Shown: piece by piece, positions 17,289 to 25,607 of the stretch
Numbering within the stretch: position 1 is the first letter of the stretch
Layout of the letters: each line of letters begins with the position of its first letter
Source of the DNA: an uncultured Halobacteriales archaeon
Lineage (GTDB): Archaea > Thermoplasmatota > E2 > JACPAO01 > JAHFTW01
Length of the DNA: 64,000 nt
Assembly (NCBI GenBank): GCA_964627625.1
Contig: CAZVJB010000001.1
Span: 92,736 to 156,735 of the forward strand
Direction of reading: 5' to 3'
Translations under genes and position numbers: made by a program
Notes under the pieces: generated by a model
What the model saw: only the letters and a program-made list of their open reading frames with translations
The model's database searches: none
Told to the model about the DNA's origin: nothing

Positions 17289-17843
17289 ATGGCCACGCAA
17301 CGTCGAACTGTTCCAGTGCAGCGCCCGCCCCAGATTCGTCCCGACTTCGCAGGCGTCGTCGTGGCGCTTTCCAAGGTGCACGGCCGCGGGCTCTACGCGG
17401 CACGCGATTTCAAGCGCGGCGAGCACGTGATGGAATACGGCGGGGTCAAGGTCCCAAAAAAGGAAGGCAACAGGCGCACGGACCTACAATGGGCCAAAGG
17501 GCGCGTCTACACCTTTGAATTGTCACGGCGGTTCGACATCGACGGCTCGCCAAGATGGAACGTCGCACGGCTTGCGAACCAATCCTGCGATGCCAACTGC
17601 GAGTCGCATAACGTTGGCGGCCGGCACGTCTGGATCGTGGCGCTGCGGCCCATTAAGAAGGGCGAGGAAATTACCTACGATTACAACTTCCCCATGACGG
17701 AACCGCCGCCCCGGTGCCGCTGCGGATCGCCCAAGTGCCGAGGGTACATTGTTGGAGAAGCGCACGTTGCTGACCTCAAGGCGTGGCTGAAGAAGATGGG
17801 CAAACATGGTGGGCCTGGGCTGCAACGCGGGAAAGCCCAGTAG
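17289..17843 (+). CDS. SET-domain protein-lysine methyltransferase
   Basis: GRGLYAARDFKRGE, NQSCDANC (NHSCxPN-type), EITYDY, and post-SET CRCGSPKCRGY. Confidence 0.85.
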   Translation: MATQRRTVPVQRPPQIRPDFAGVVVALSKVHGRGLYAARDFKRGEHVMEYGGVKVPKKEGNRRTDLQWAKGRVYTFELSRRFDIDGSPRWNVARLANQSCDANCESHNVGGRHVWIVALRPIKKGEEITYDYNFPMTEPPPRCRCGSPKCRGYIVGEAHVADLKAWLKKMGKHGGPGLQRGKAQ

Positions 17844-17906
17844 CCGTAGCGCCGGTTGGTCGGGCCGTACCGCCGTTGCAAATGACGTGTCGTGCCGGGG
17901 CCGGAC

Positions 17907-18374
17907 CTACTTCTTCTTCGCTTCTTGCGCCTTGGCGAACGCCGCGTCCACGGCGCGTTCCAACACTTCCAAGTCGCCCTGCATTGGATCCAGGCGGACC
18001 CACCCGAACAGCCGAAAAACCGCGCCCTCCGGGTCCTGCAACGTGAAGCCTGCCTCGCGCAGCAGTGCCTTAGTTGGTGCGTCGATGAGCAGCTCTACTA
18101 CGCCGGGGGCGGCGCCGCCGCGAAACAGGCGCGTAAATTGGTTGCAGCCGACAATGAGGCCGACGTGGTCCTTGCCAAACTCGGCCTGCAGATCAGCCCC
18201 GGCGCTGTTTGCCGCGGTTTGTGCCCGCCGCACCAGGGCAAACAGGCGCTCGCGGTGCGCGTCGGGCACTGGAGTCCGTTCGAGGATGCGGATGGGCCGG
18301 TCGTCGGTGGCCGATGTCGCCGGCGTGTGGTCCACGTCCCCTGGTGAGGGTGGACCCGCTTGAGGCTTCCCCAA
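17907..18374 (-). CDS. hypothetical protein
   Basis: 155-aa ORF with good third-position G/C bias. No motif recognised. Confidence 0.5.
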   Translation of the reverse strand: MGKPQAGPPSPGDVDHTPATSATDDRPIRILERTPVPDAHRERLFALVRRAQTAANSAGADLQAEFGKDHVGLIVGCNQFTRLFRGGAAPGVVELLIDAPTKALLREAGFTLQDPEGAVFRLFGWVRLDPMQGDLEVLERAVDAAFAKAQEAKKK

Positions 18375-18530
18375 GCGGTTGTAGGACGAGCCTTGGCCTG
18401 TCCGTTAGGCTCTTATCACTTGGAGCCACGCAGATAAATCCGTCCGGACATCCGTTGGTGTTGGTCCCGCGAGACTTGTGCCGCCAGGCGAAACCTTGAG
18501 GTCCGGCGTGACATCACTCCAAGCAAGGCG

Positions 18531-18986
18531 GTGAACCCGGTGCAATTGACCTCAAGCGCATTCCGGCACGGCCAACCGATTCCAGCAGAGTACACCTGCA
18601 AGGGTCGTGACGCGAGTCCGCCCCTGTCTTGGACGGGCCTTCCCGATGGCGCCGGCGCCCTCGCGCTCATCCTAGACGACCCCGATGCGCCGGGCGGGAC
18701 ATGGACGCACTGGACTTTGTGGAACCTCCCGGCGACTGCGACGGGCCTTGCGGAGGGGGCGGACGTTTCGCGACTCGGGGCGGTGCTTGGAACGACGTCG
18801 GCCAAGACGGAAGGCTACCATGGACCGTGCCCGCCGAGCGGGACGCACCGCTACTTCTTCACCATCTACGCTCTCGACGGCATGCTTGGCCTGCCACGCG
18901 GCGCCAAGGTCGAGGACCTGCGGGCCGCCATCAAAGACCGCGCCCTCGGTAAGGGCCAGTTGATGGGAACCTACACCAAGGTCTGA
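18531..18986 (+). CDS. YbhB/YbcL-family PEBP (Raf kinase inhibitor-like) protein
   Basis: DASPPLSW, LILDDPDAP, WTHW and GPCPPSGTHRYFFTIYALD. Confidence 0.9.
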   Translation: MNPVQLTSSAFRHGQPIPAEYTCKGRDASPPLSWTGLPDGAGALALILDDPDAPGGTWTHWTLWNLPATATGLAEGADVSRLGAVLGTTSAKTEGYHGPCPPSGTHRYFFTIYALDGMLGLPRGAKVEDLRAAIKDRALGKGQLMGTYTKV

Positions 18987-19199
18987 TTACGGGGCCATCG
19001 GCGGCAGGCGCTTGCGAGATGTGCGCGGCCGATCGGCCCACGTCTCCCACAGTTCGGAGTCGTCGCCGTCGAGGGCAAACGCGTCGATGCCCATTTGCCG
19101 GCGGATGACCGTCTGCATCGGATTGTGACCTGGGGCGGGCGCATGGGCCGGCGTGGTCCGGGGCTGGGCGGGGGCGGTAGGTGTCTGCATCCGGTTCAC
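18987..19199 (-). CDS. small hypothetical protein
   Basis: The frame has mostly G/C third positions. The TATA-like gatttatc lies about 35-45 nt upstream. The N-terminus is low-complexity. Confidence 0.4.
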   Translation of the reverse strand: MNRMQTPTAPAQPRTTPAHAPAPGHNPMQTVIRRQMGIDAFALDGDDSELWETWADRPRTSRKRLPPMAP

Positions 19200-19321
19200 C
19201 GAGGGAAAGAAACAACCGGTTGAGAGGGCGATAAATCATTCGGCGGTGCCATCGGCAAGCAGCGAAGTTGCAGGCCCAGTAATTCGACGTAGGCCGTCCA
19301 TATCAGAAAGACTCGAACCTG

Positions 19322-19891
19322 TTAATGGTCCAGAAGTCGTTTTGCTCGGCAAGTCCAGACATCCCTGACTGTGGCGTCATGTGCCTCCCACGGCACTTTT
19401 TCCACGAATTGACAATCGAATCCGACGCCCCACGATGCCGCCATGGACGGCACGATGGCATCGTAGTAGCCGCCCCCGCGCCCCAACCGGTGTCCGGCCG
19501 CGTCGAACGCCAAGCCGGGAATGATGGCAACGTCCGCCAGCTCCGGCTCCACAACAGGCCCATTTGCAGGTTCACGGATGCCGAACGCCCCTGGGCGCAA
19601 CTCCGTCCAAGTCCGCACTTCGAGCAATTCCAGTTGGCGCGATGCGACCACACGGGGGAACAACGTGCGCTTCCCGTCGCGCCAAGCGGCTAGGGTCAGG
19701 CCGACGACTGAGAATTCCGGTGGCCGCGCGTGGTAGAGAAGCACCGTGCCCGCCTTGCTCCATCGGGCATCGGCCTGGATGGCACCCTGCACGGCCTCCT
19801 CCTCCAGCGCACGGCGGGCAGGTGCCAGGGCCGCCAAGGCGTCGCGCATGGCGTCGCGCATGCGCGCCTTTTCGGCCGCAACATCGTGCAC
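19322..19891 (-). CDS. 5-formyltetrahydrofolate cyclo-ligase
   Basis: IIPGLAFDAAGHRLGRGGGYYD motif. GTG 19891 was chosen with cttaag about 25 nt upstream. ATG 19861 is an alternative. Confidence 0.8.
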   Translation of the reverse strand: MHDVAAEKARMRDAMRDALAALAPARRALEEEAVQGAIQADARWSKAGTVLLYHARPPEFSVVGLTLAAWRDGKRTLFPRVVASRQLELLEVRTWTELRPGAFGIREPANGPVVEPELADVAIIPGLAFDAAGHRLGRGGGYYDAIVPSMAASWGVGFDCQFVEKVPWEAHDATVRDVWTCRAKRLLDH

Positions 19892-19912
19892 GCAACCGCG
19901 ACGCTTTGGCTG

Positions 19913-19918
19913 CTTAAG
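19913..19918 (-). promoter_or_regulatory. TATA-like CTTAAG box
   Basis: The palindromic cttaag is centred about 25 nt upstream of GTG 19891 (- strand). A second box, cctaagag (19946-19953), lies about 26 nt upstream of ATG 19976 (+). Confidence 0.4.
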
Positions 19919-19975
19919 GGGTGCGCGAACCAGGTTGCCGCCAAGCCTAAGAGGCGGGCCCATGTGGGAATGCAC

Positions 19976-20518
19976 ATGGCCCGCGTCCTTGGTGTTATCA
20001 CGCTCCTACTCATGATTCTGCTGGCCGGCTGCTCGGGCTCCAATCCGTCGGCGGGGGAAACGTCCGGGCCGGCAAATGGAACGGACGGTTCCGGATCCGC
20101 GGTCCCCGGCGGCAGCCAATCTGACAACCGCACGGGGCCGACCCCTGCACCTATCAGCATCGCCGAGGGCGCCGACATGACGCAGGCCGGATCGAAGGAC
20201 ATCACGTGGGACGCTGAGGCAGACTTCCAGACATTCACCGTGACGTTGACGCTCTCTGGCGTCGCGGATGCCCCGAACTATGAGGTCAACAATCTCGGCT
20301 ACTCTCTAATCGGTGGCGCCGACACCACGCTCTACGCCGAACAGACCAGCAGCGCCACGGGCGCCAACGTCGCCGTCGGAACGAGCGGCGCCGTCGTGCT
20401 GCAGTTCGACGCCGCGACTGCAACCCCCAAAGGCGACATGGCCGGCGCGTGGCGACTCCACCTCGATTGGCAGGCAAGCCCAGCGCACTACGACGTGCAC
20501 GTGGTCGTCCGCTACTAA
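19976..20518 (+). CDS. lipobox lipoprotein
   Basis: MARVLGVITLLLMILLAGCSG. Confidence 0.65.
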   Translation: MARVLGVITLLLMILLAGCSGSNPSAGETSGPANGTDGSGSAVPGGSQSDNRTGPTPAPISIAEGADMTQAGSKDITWDAEADFQTFTVTLTLSGVADAPNYEVNNLGYSLIGGADTTLYAEQTSSATGANVAVGTSGAVVLQFDAATATPKGDMAGAWRLHLDWQASPAHYDVHVVVRY

Positions 20519-20580
20519 CCTCTAACGGCCGACGCCCCGGCATCCGGAATCCCTTTGAGGGCCGTCCACCTCGCTCTGCC

Positions 20581-21723
20581 ATGGGAAAGGCAACCGCGGG
20601 CCCGTTTCTGGACGGCTACGACGCGAAGGACCTCACAATCGCGACTGCGGTGAGCCATTCGAGCCTGCAGATTTTTCACGGCGCCAAACTTGAGGGCTTC
20701 AAGACGATTGCAATCGCCGCAGGCGACCGCGATGTGCGCTACTACGACGCCTTCCCGAAAGCCAAACCAGACCGCATCCTGCAACTAAGGCGATACCACG
20801 ATCTCTTGGGGCTTGCCGAGGAGTTGCGCGAGGAAAATGTCGTCCTCATTCCGCACGGCAGCCTGGTCGAGTACCTCGGCCCCGAGAATTACATCAAAAT
20901 CGAGTTGCCCATCTACGGGAACCGGAACGTCCTGCATTGGGAATCGGACCGCGACAAGCAACGCGAATGGCTCGAAGCAGCCGGCGTCAAGATGCCGCGC
21001 AAGATTGCCGACCCAAAGGACATTGTTGAGCCCGTCATCGTGAAGTATCACGGCGCCAAGGGCGGCCGCGGATTCTTTATCGCAAAGTCCTACCACGACT
21101 TCAAGCGCCACATCCAGGAAAACGAGGCGTACACCATCCAGGAGTTCGTGCTAGGGACGCGCTACTACCTGCACTACTTTTTCTCGCCCATCGCCGAGGG
21201 CGGCTATCGTGTGGAATTGAGCGACTCAAAGGTACCGACGGCCGCTTTGCGGCCGCCGGTAAAGCGATCCACCGCTCGCCCTGCTCGCGGCGGCTCGCTC
21301 CAAATGCTTTCCATCGACCGACGCGACGAGTCCAACATCGACGAGATGAATCGACTAGGGTCGCTCAAGGACATGGATGAAATTGGCATCCCGCCGACGT
21401 TCGTCGTCACAGGCAACATCCCGATGGTCATCCGCGAATCACTCCTGCCCGAGGTTTTCCGGATGGGCGAGGCCGTCGTCCAGGAGGCGCACAAGCGCTT
21501 TGGCGGGCTGTGGGGACCTTTCTGCCTCGAAACCGTCGTGACAGACAAGTTGGAGTTCCGCGTCTTCGAGATTTCCGCGCGCATCGTCGCGGGGACTAAC
21601 CCCTTCATCGGTGGCAGTCCTTATTCCGAAATGATTGAACCCGGCCTCTCCACGGGCAGGCGCATCGCCAAGGAGATCAAGATGGCGGCGGCAACCGGAC
21701 GACTTCCCGAAATCCTCACTTAG
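20581..21723 (+). CDS. purP: PurP paralog (FAICAR synthetase family) with internal insertion
   Basis: SHSSLQIFHGAKLEGF, SIDRRDESNID, VIRESLL, GPFCLE and a GTNPF-type motif. Extra segment of about 30 aa at 21201-21300. Confidence 0.8.
   Translation: MGKATAGPFLDGYDAKDLTIATAVSHSSLQIFHGAKLEGFKTIAIAAGDRDVRYYDAFPKAKPDRILQLRRYHDLLGLAEELREENVVLIPHGSLVEYLGPENYIKIELPIYGNRNVLHWESDRDKQREWLEAAGVKMPRKIADPKDIVEPVIVKYHGAKGGRGFFIAKSYHDFKRHIQENEAYTIQEFVLGTRYYLHYFFSPIAEGGYRVELSDSKVPTAALRPPVKRSTARPARGGSLQMLSIDRRDESNIDEMNRLGSLKDMDEIGIPPTFVVTGNIPMVIRESLLPEVFRMGEAVVQEAHKRFGGLWGPFCLETVVTDKLEFRVFEISARIVAGTNPFIGGSPYSEMIEPGLSTGRRIAKEIKMAAATGRLPEILT
21234..21260. repeat. 12-bp inverted repeat with 3-nt loop inside the purP2 insertion
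   Basis: accgacggccgc-ttt-gcggccgccggt (one mismatch). Confidence 0.8.
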
Positions 21724-21780
21724 AAATCATTTCATAGCCTCCTGTGGGCCGAACCTATTTTCCCGTGGCCCGGCGCATGG

Positions 21781-21843
21781 CGGCCGCAGATGACGCAGAT
21801 TGCACAGATTTACCCGAAGGGAATCTGCGAAATCTGCGGCTGC
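21781..21843. repeat. palindromic element built from 9-bp CGCAGATNN units (both ends adjacent)
   Basis: Left arm ccgcagatg-acgcagatt-gcacagatt. Right arm gaatctgcga-aatctgcgg. 21783-21801 pairs with 21822-21840 (17 of 19). The 22 nt at 21822-21843 are identical to 55605-55626. Confidence 0.85.
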
Positions 21844-21911
21844 GCTCCGGGGGCCTCAGCCCGGGAAAACCCTGGCCAACCAGACGGATTTCTGAAACAG
21901 CCTCAAGAGTC

Positions 21912-23057
21912 TCAGGCCGTCACATCTATTTCGCCATCCATGCCGGCATGCAGCAGGCACTTCATGTGGTAGATTCCAATCGTCGTGAGGGTGACGCCGA
22001 TGGGGAAGTGGTAGGTGTTGCCCGCCGTGATCGTCCCCGAGCTGTAGGAGGGCGAAATGTTGGCCCCGGCCGCGTCCGTGATGTGGAATTCGTGGCCGGC
22101 CGAATCCTTGTTCGTGATGTCGAAAACCAACGGGTCATTGACCTTGACTTCCAACGGACCGGCAATAGTCGATCCCGGAGTGAACGAATTCACGCCGCCG
22201 GCACCCGGCGCCGCAGCCGCCGCTCCGTTGTTGATATCGACATGCTGGACCGTCGCGGTCTTCTGCTGGAAAATCGGCGATGCGGCCGTCCCACAGGGGC
22301 TGCTGAGGAAAATCTTGTAGTTGTACGTCTGACCTGCCGTAAGGCCGCTCAGGATGGCAGTCTTGGCTCCGGTGCCCAACTCTTCGGGGGCGGTCGCACC
22401 GAGGGCAGCGGTGAGGCCGTACTCTACATGCGATTTAGCGTCGACCGGGCCGGCAACCGTCCATTGCACGGTGAAGCGGGTGTCGATGATGCTGCTTGCC
22501 GGCACCGAGACGCCCGTTGCGCCAAGAGCCGGGCCCGCCGTGGTCGTGAAGGGAATCGGACTCGTGCGCGCCGTGACCCCAGCCACACTGGCTGCGATGC
22601 GTACCTTGTAGCTGTTGCATGAGCTCAAGCCGGAAATCGTCGTGGACTGCGGGCCGAGGCCGGGTTGCGCGGGGCCTTGCAGGGTTAGGTTCGCTTGCGA
22701 CGCGAAAGCATACTCGGCCTGGCTGGTCACCGTGTCGCCGCCGGCTGTGACCTCCCAGACGACGACCGCGGAATTGCTGCCCGGCGTTACCGTGACGTTG
22801 CTGATGTCCGGCGTCGGGCCCGGCGTCGCCGTCTCGCCCGAGGATGTCGCCGTCTTTGTGGTCGTCGTTGTCACGGTCGTTACGGTCCCTGAAATCGTGG
22901 TCGTGCTGTAAAGCGTGATGATGTCGTTGGTCGTCGGAGCCGAAGAAGAAGTGGATGTGCTTGAGGACGGACTGGGCTCCTCTTCGCCGCCAGAACATCC
23001 GGCGAGGGCGGTTCCAGCGATGACCAGGAGTGCCAACAGGGGAGTGCGCATTTGCAT
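21912..23057 (-). CDS. lipoprotein with Ser/Thr linker, two FN3-like domains and C-terminal cupredoxin (halocyanin/plastocyanin-like)
   Basis: LLALLVIAGTALAGCSG lipobox. Copper-ligand pattern GHEFH ... YHMKCLLHAGMDG. Confidence 0.75.
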   Translation of the reverse strand: MQMRTPLLALLVIAGTALAGCSGGEEEPSPSSSTSTSSSAPTTNDIITLYSTTTISGTVTTVTTTTTKTATSSGETATPGPTPDISNVTVTPGSNSAVVVWEVTAGGDTVTSQAEYAFASQANLTLQGPAQPGLGPQSTTISGLSSCNSYKVRIAASVAGVTARTSPIPFTTTAGPALGATGVSVPASSIIDTRFTVQWTVAGPVDAKSHVEYGLTAALGATAPEELGTGAKTAILSGLTAGQTYNYKIFLSSPCGTAASPIFQQKTATVQHVDINNGAAAAAPGAGGVNSFTPGSTIAGPLEVKVNDPLVFDITNKDSAGHEFHITDAAGANISPSYSSGTITAGNTYHFPIGVTLTTIGIYHMKCLLHAGMDGEIDVTA

Positions 23058-23140
23058 GGGGTGAACGTGGACTTTCTCCTTCATGAACCTGTTGGAAACG
23101 ACGGGCCGAAGGATGAATGGGTTCGAGTGCGTCGGAAGCC

Positions 23141-23563
23141 CTACCAGCCCAGTAGAAGCCAGCAGCCCATCAAGGCGAAACCCGAAAGCGTGCATGCGCA
23201 TGCGGCAATCCAAGCAATTCCGTACGCCCTGCTTAAGCCACGCATCGCCCAAAGGCGGCCAACCATGTAGCCCGCGATGGCCGTGCCGCCAGTCAGGGCA
23301 CTAAAAGCGACCGGATGCGGCGTCCACTTGCGCGCCATCAGGTATACGATGAATGCGAACCCGAATGCCGTGTACGCGAAGACCAAGGGGTTCACCCATT
23401 GCAAGACCAGCACGCGGCGGGCCCCCGACGGCGTCGTTGCCTGCGGTGCCTCCTGGGCAGGCCGGTTGGGATCGAACTTACTGAAAGGCAACGTCGATTG
23501 CGACGCGGCCCGGGGCAAAAACTTGCCTGCCGCATCGTTGATAGCGCCGACTGCAGTCGGCAC
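23141..23563 (-). CDS. membrane protein, hypothetical
   Basis: 3-4 hydrophobic helices. Start uncertain. Confidence 0.5.
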   Translation of the reverse strand: MPTAVGAINDAAGKFLPRAASQSTLPFSKFDPNRPAQEAPQATTPSGARRVLVLQWVNPLVFAYTAFGFAFIVYLMARKWTPHPVAFSALTGGTAIAGYMVGRLWAMRGLSRAYGIAWIAACACTLSGFALMGCWLLLGW

Positions 23564-23568
23564 AATCT

Positions 23569-24240
23569 GTGTTGAGCATCATCCTCGCGGACGCCGAACT
23601 CGAACTCGCGCCGCCGGAGGTGGCTGGCCATCCTGCCGTTAAGGCGACGGCGCGAGCACAGGAACGCAAGCCGGGGGAGGTCCTGTTGGACCAGAACGCG
23701 CATGGCGCCGCCACATCGAGGCTCGTCGATGGCAAGCGCCGCGGTCGGCCCGACATCGTGCATTACTGCCTTCTTACCCTCTTGGAGAGTCCGTTGTGCA
23801 AGGGCGGCGGGCTGCAAGTCTGCATCCACACGCGGCACGGCCAACTCATCCGCATCAAGCCAGACACCCGGTTGCCGCGCGGCGAGGCGCGTTTCCAAGG
23901 CTTGATGGGCCGGGTCCTGCGCGAAGGCCGCAGCCAGGACAAGGACCCCTTGATTTGGGGCGCTGGAACGCGGACACCGGCCGAGGTCCTTGCTCAAGTC
24001 GGTGTCGGCCCCGTGCTGCGACTTGACGAGGGCGGTGCGGCTGCGAAGCCGGCCGAGCTCGCGGCGCGCGCGCAGGGCGGCAACCTTACGGTCGTTCTCG
24101 GCGCCTTTCCATCGGGAGCGTTTTCGCCGGCTTGGCTTGCCGCCGCGCCCGACGCGGTCTCCTTGTGGCCGGAACCCCTCAACGCGTGGGCAATCGCCGC
24201 CGAAGTCGTTGCGGCCCACCGTGCCCAATGGGGCCCGTAA
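23569..24240 (+). CDS. nep1: ribosome biogenesis methyltransferase Nep1 (EMG1)
   Basis: ILADAELEL ... RGRPDIVHYCLLTLLESPL ... IKPDTRLPR. Confidence 0.85.
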   Translation: MLSIILADAELELAPPEVAGHPAVKATARAQERKPGEVLLDQNAHGAATSRLVDGKRRGRPDIVHYCLLTLLESPLCKGGGLQVCIHTRHGQLIRIKPDTRLPRGEARFQGLMGRVLREGRSQDKDPLIWGAGTRTPAEVLAQVGVGPVLRLDEGGAAAKPAELAARAQGGNLTVVLGAFPSGAFSPAWLAAAPDAVSLWPEPLNAWAIAAEVVAAHRAQWGP

Positions 24241-24243
24241 GGC

Positions 24244-24969
24244 TTAGCCCGTGGATGTCGACGAGGTTTTCGCCGCCGTCGTCTGGACGAGCCACCGGAC
24301 GCGCCAGCCAACCATGAGCATCCAGTAGACGAGGAAAACCGCGACGGCGCGCTGTGCGACGGCGCCGAATTCCCATCCGGGTGCGGGCAGAATGTCAAGG
24401 AAACCCCAACCGATGCTGAGCACGGTGGCGACGGCGGCCCACGCCGGCGAACTTCCAACTACTTGTTGCCATGCCGGGTTTCGGCTGCCCGACTCCGAGA
24501 GTAGGACCATTGCCGCACATTGCAGTGTCAACGACGCGATGGCCGCAATGTCGTGCAACGCGCCGAACATGGTCGTGGGCATCGGCGTTGCGTCTGTCGG
24601 AAAAATGTCCAGGATGAGAATGAAAGCGCCCGCCTCAGCAAGAAGCCAGCAGGCGGCCCGGCTGTTCTTTGCTTGCGGCAACAGGCGCATGAGGCCGAGG
24701 GCGAAGGCAACCATGCCGATGCCGAGGCAGAAGACTCCGCCGTACCAGATCCAATCGCCGTGGCCAAGCGCGTAGGCGCTGATATGGCGCGGTTGGCCAA
24801 ACGCGTGCGCCCCGGGTTCGCTTGACGCCGGCGGCCAAGCCAGGTTGACGAAGTGCAAGGCCACGAGGGCGACAACGAAGGCGACCATGCCCGCCAATCC
24901 TAGAGTGAGCCAGCGTTGGGCTCGGACATGTGGCGTTTCCATGGTGGCTGTTTCCCCTATGGCCGGCAC
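24244..24969 (-). CDS. DUF998-like membrane protein
   Basis: Six hydrophobic segments. FPTD and HD.AA motifs are shared with 25608-26435. Confidence 0.55.
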   Translation of the reverse strand: MPAIGETATMETPHVRAQRWLTLGLAGMVAFVVALVALHFVNLAWPPASSEPGAHAFGQPRHISAYALGHGDWIWYGGVFCLGIGMVAFALGLMRLLPQAKNSRAACWLLAEAGAFILILDIFPTDATPMPTTMFGALHDIAAIASLTLQCAAMVLLSESGSRNPAWQQVVGSSPAWAAVATVLSIGWGFLDILPAPGWEFGAVAQRAVAVFLVYWMLMVGWRVRWLVQTTAAKTSSTSTG

Positions 24970-24975
24970 GCCTTT

Positions 24976-25554
24976 CTAAGCTTTGGCGGCGACGGCGGGG
25001 GATGTCGATTGGTCGCCATTTCCAGGATTGCCGGCGTTGCAGAGGAACGACAGCGATTCCGGCGACTCATAGTACAGGCCGTAGTTGAAATGCAGCACGA
25101 CGCCGGCTGCGACCGGGTCGGCGATGCCCGTCCATTCCCAGTCCCCGGCGGCGGGGTCGTCAAAGCGCAGCCGAACCGGGTTGTCCTGCCCGGCCGTCGC
25201 GTGGGAATCGGAGGCCGCACCTGCACCGTTGGGGCCTGTTGCTATCGACCGGATTGCCGTTGCGGCACCGTTTTCCCACCACAAATCGAGAATGATGGTC
25301 GTTGCATCCTCGGGAACGCCGAGTTTGGCGCCATTGGCAAACACGGAGAAGGATTTGGTCGGCTGGTTTGGCGGCTGGACTGCAACGCCGGCAAGATCAG
25401 CGTCACCAACGAAGCCGATGCAGGGTTGGCTAGTGTCAACGTTGACTGGACGCGGGATTGTGTTGTACATGCGTTCCTCCGGCGCGGCGGGGGGGCTCGA
25501 GCAGCCTGCGAGGGCAAGCGGCGCGACCACGAGCAGGGCGACCAGGGCACGCAT
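24976..25554 (-). CDS. lipobox lipoprotein
   Basis: MRALVALLVVAPLALAGCSS. Confidence 0.65.
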   Translation of the reverse strand: MRALVALLVVAPLALAGCSSPPAAPEERMYNTIPRPVNVDTSQPCIGFVGDADLAGVAVQPPNQPTKSFSVFANGAKLGVPEDATTIILDLWWENGAATAIRSIATGPNGAGAASDSHATAGQDNPVRLRFDDPAAGDWEWTGIADPVAAGVVLHFNYGLYYESPESLSFLCNAGNPGNGDQSTSPAVAAKA

Positions 25555-25607
25555 GCAGGGAAACCCCTTCGGCGGCTGGTTAAGCATTGTGGGCTGGACG
25601 ACGAAAC

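Noticed and set aside
21231-21260. KpnI (ggtacc) and NotI-like (gcggccgc) sites inside the purP2 insertion, considered as a possible cloning or vector artefact.
   Set aside because: Such GC-rich 6-8-mers are expected by chance in this composition. The reading frame is maintained and the flanks are native purP sequence.
21790-21972. 60-aa ORF (MTQIAQIYPKGICEICGC...) with a CxxCxC string running through the palindromic element.
   Set aside because: The Cys codons are just the repeated TGC of the ATCTGCG motif. There is no coding bias, and the ORF overlaps the 3' end of the cupredoxin gene.
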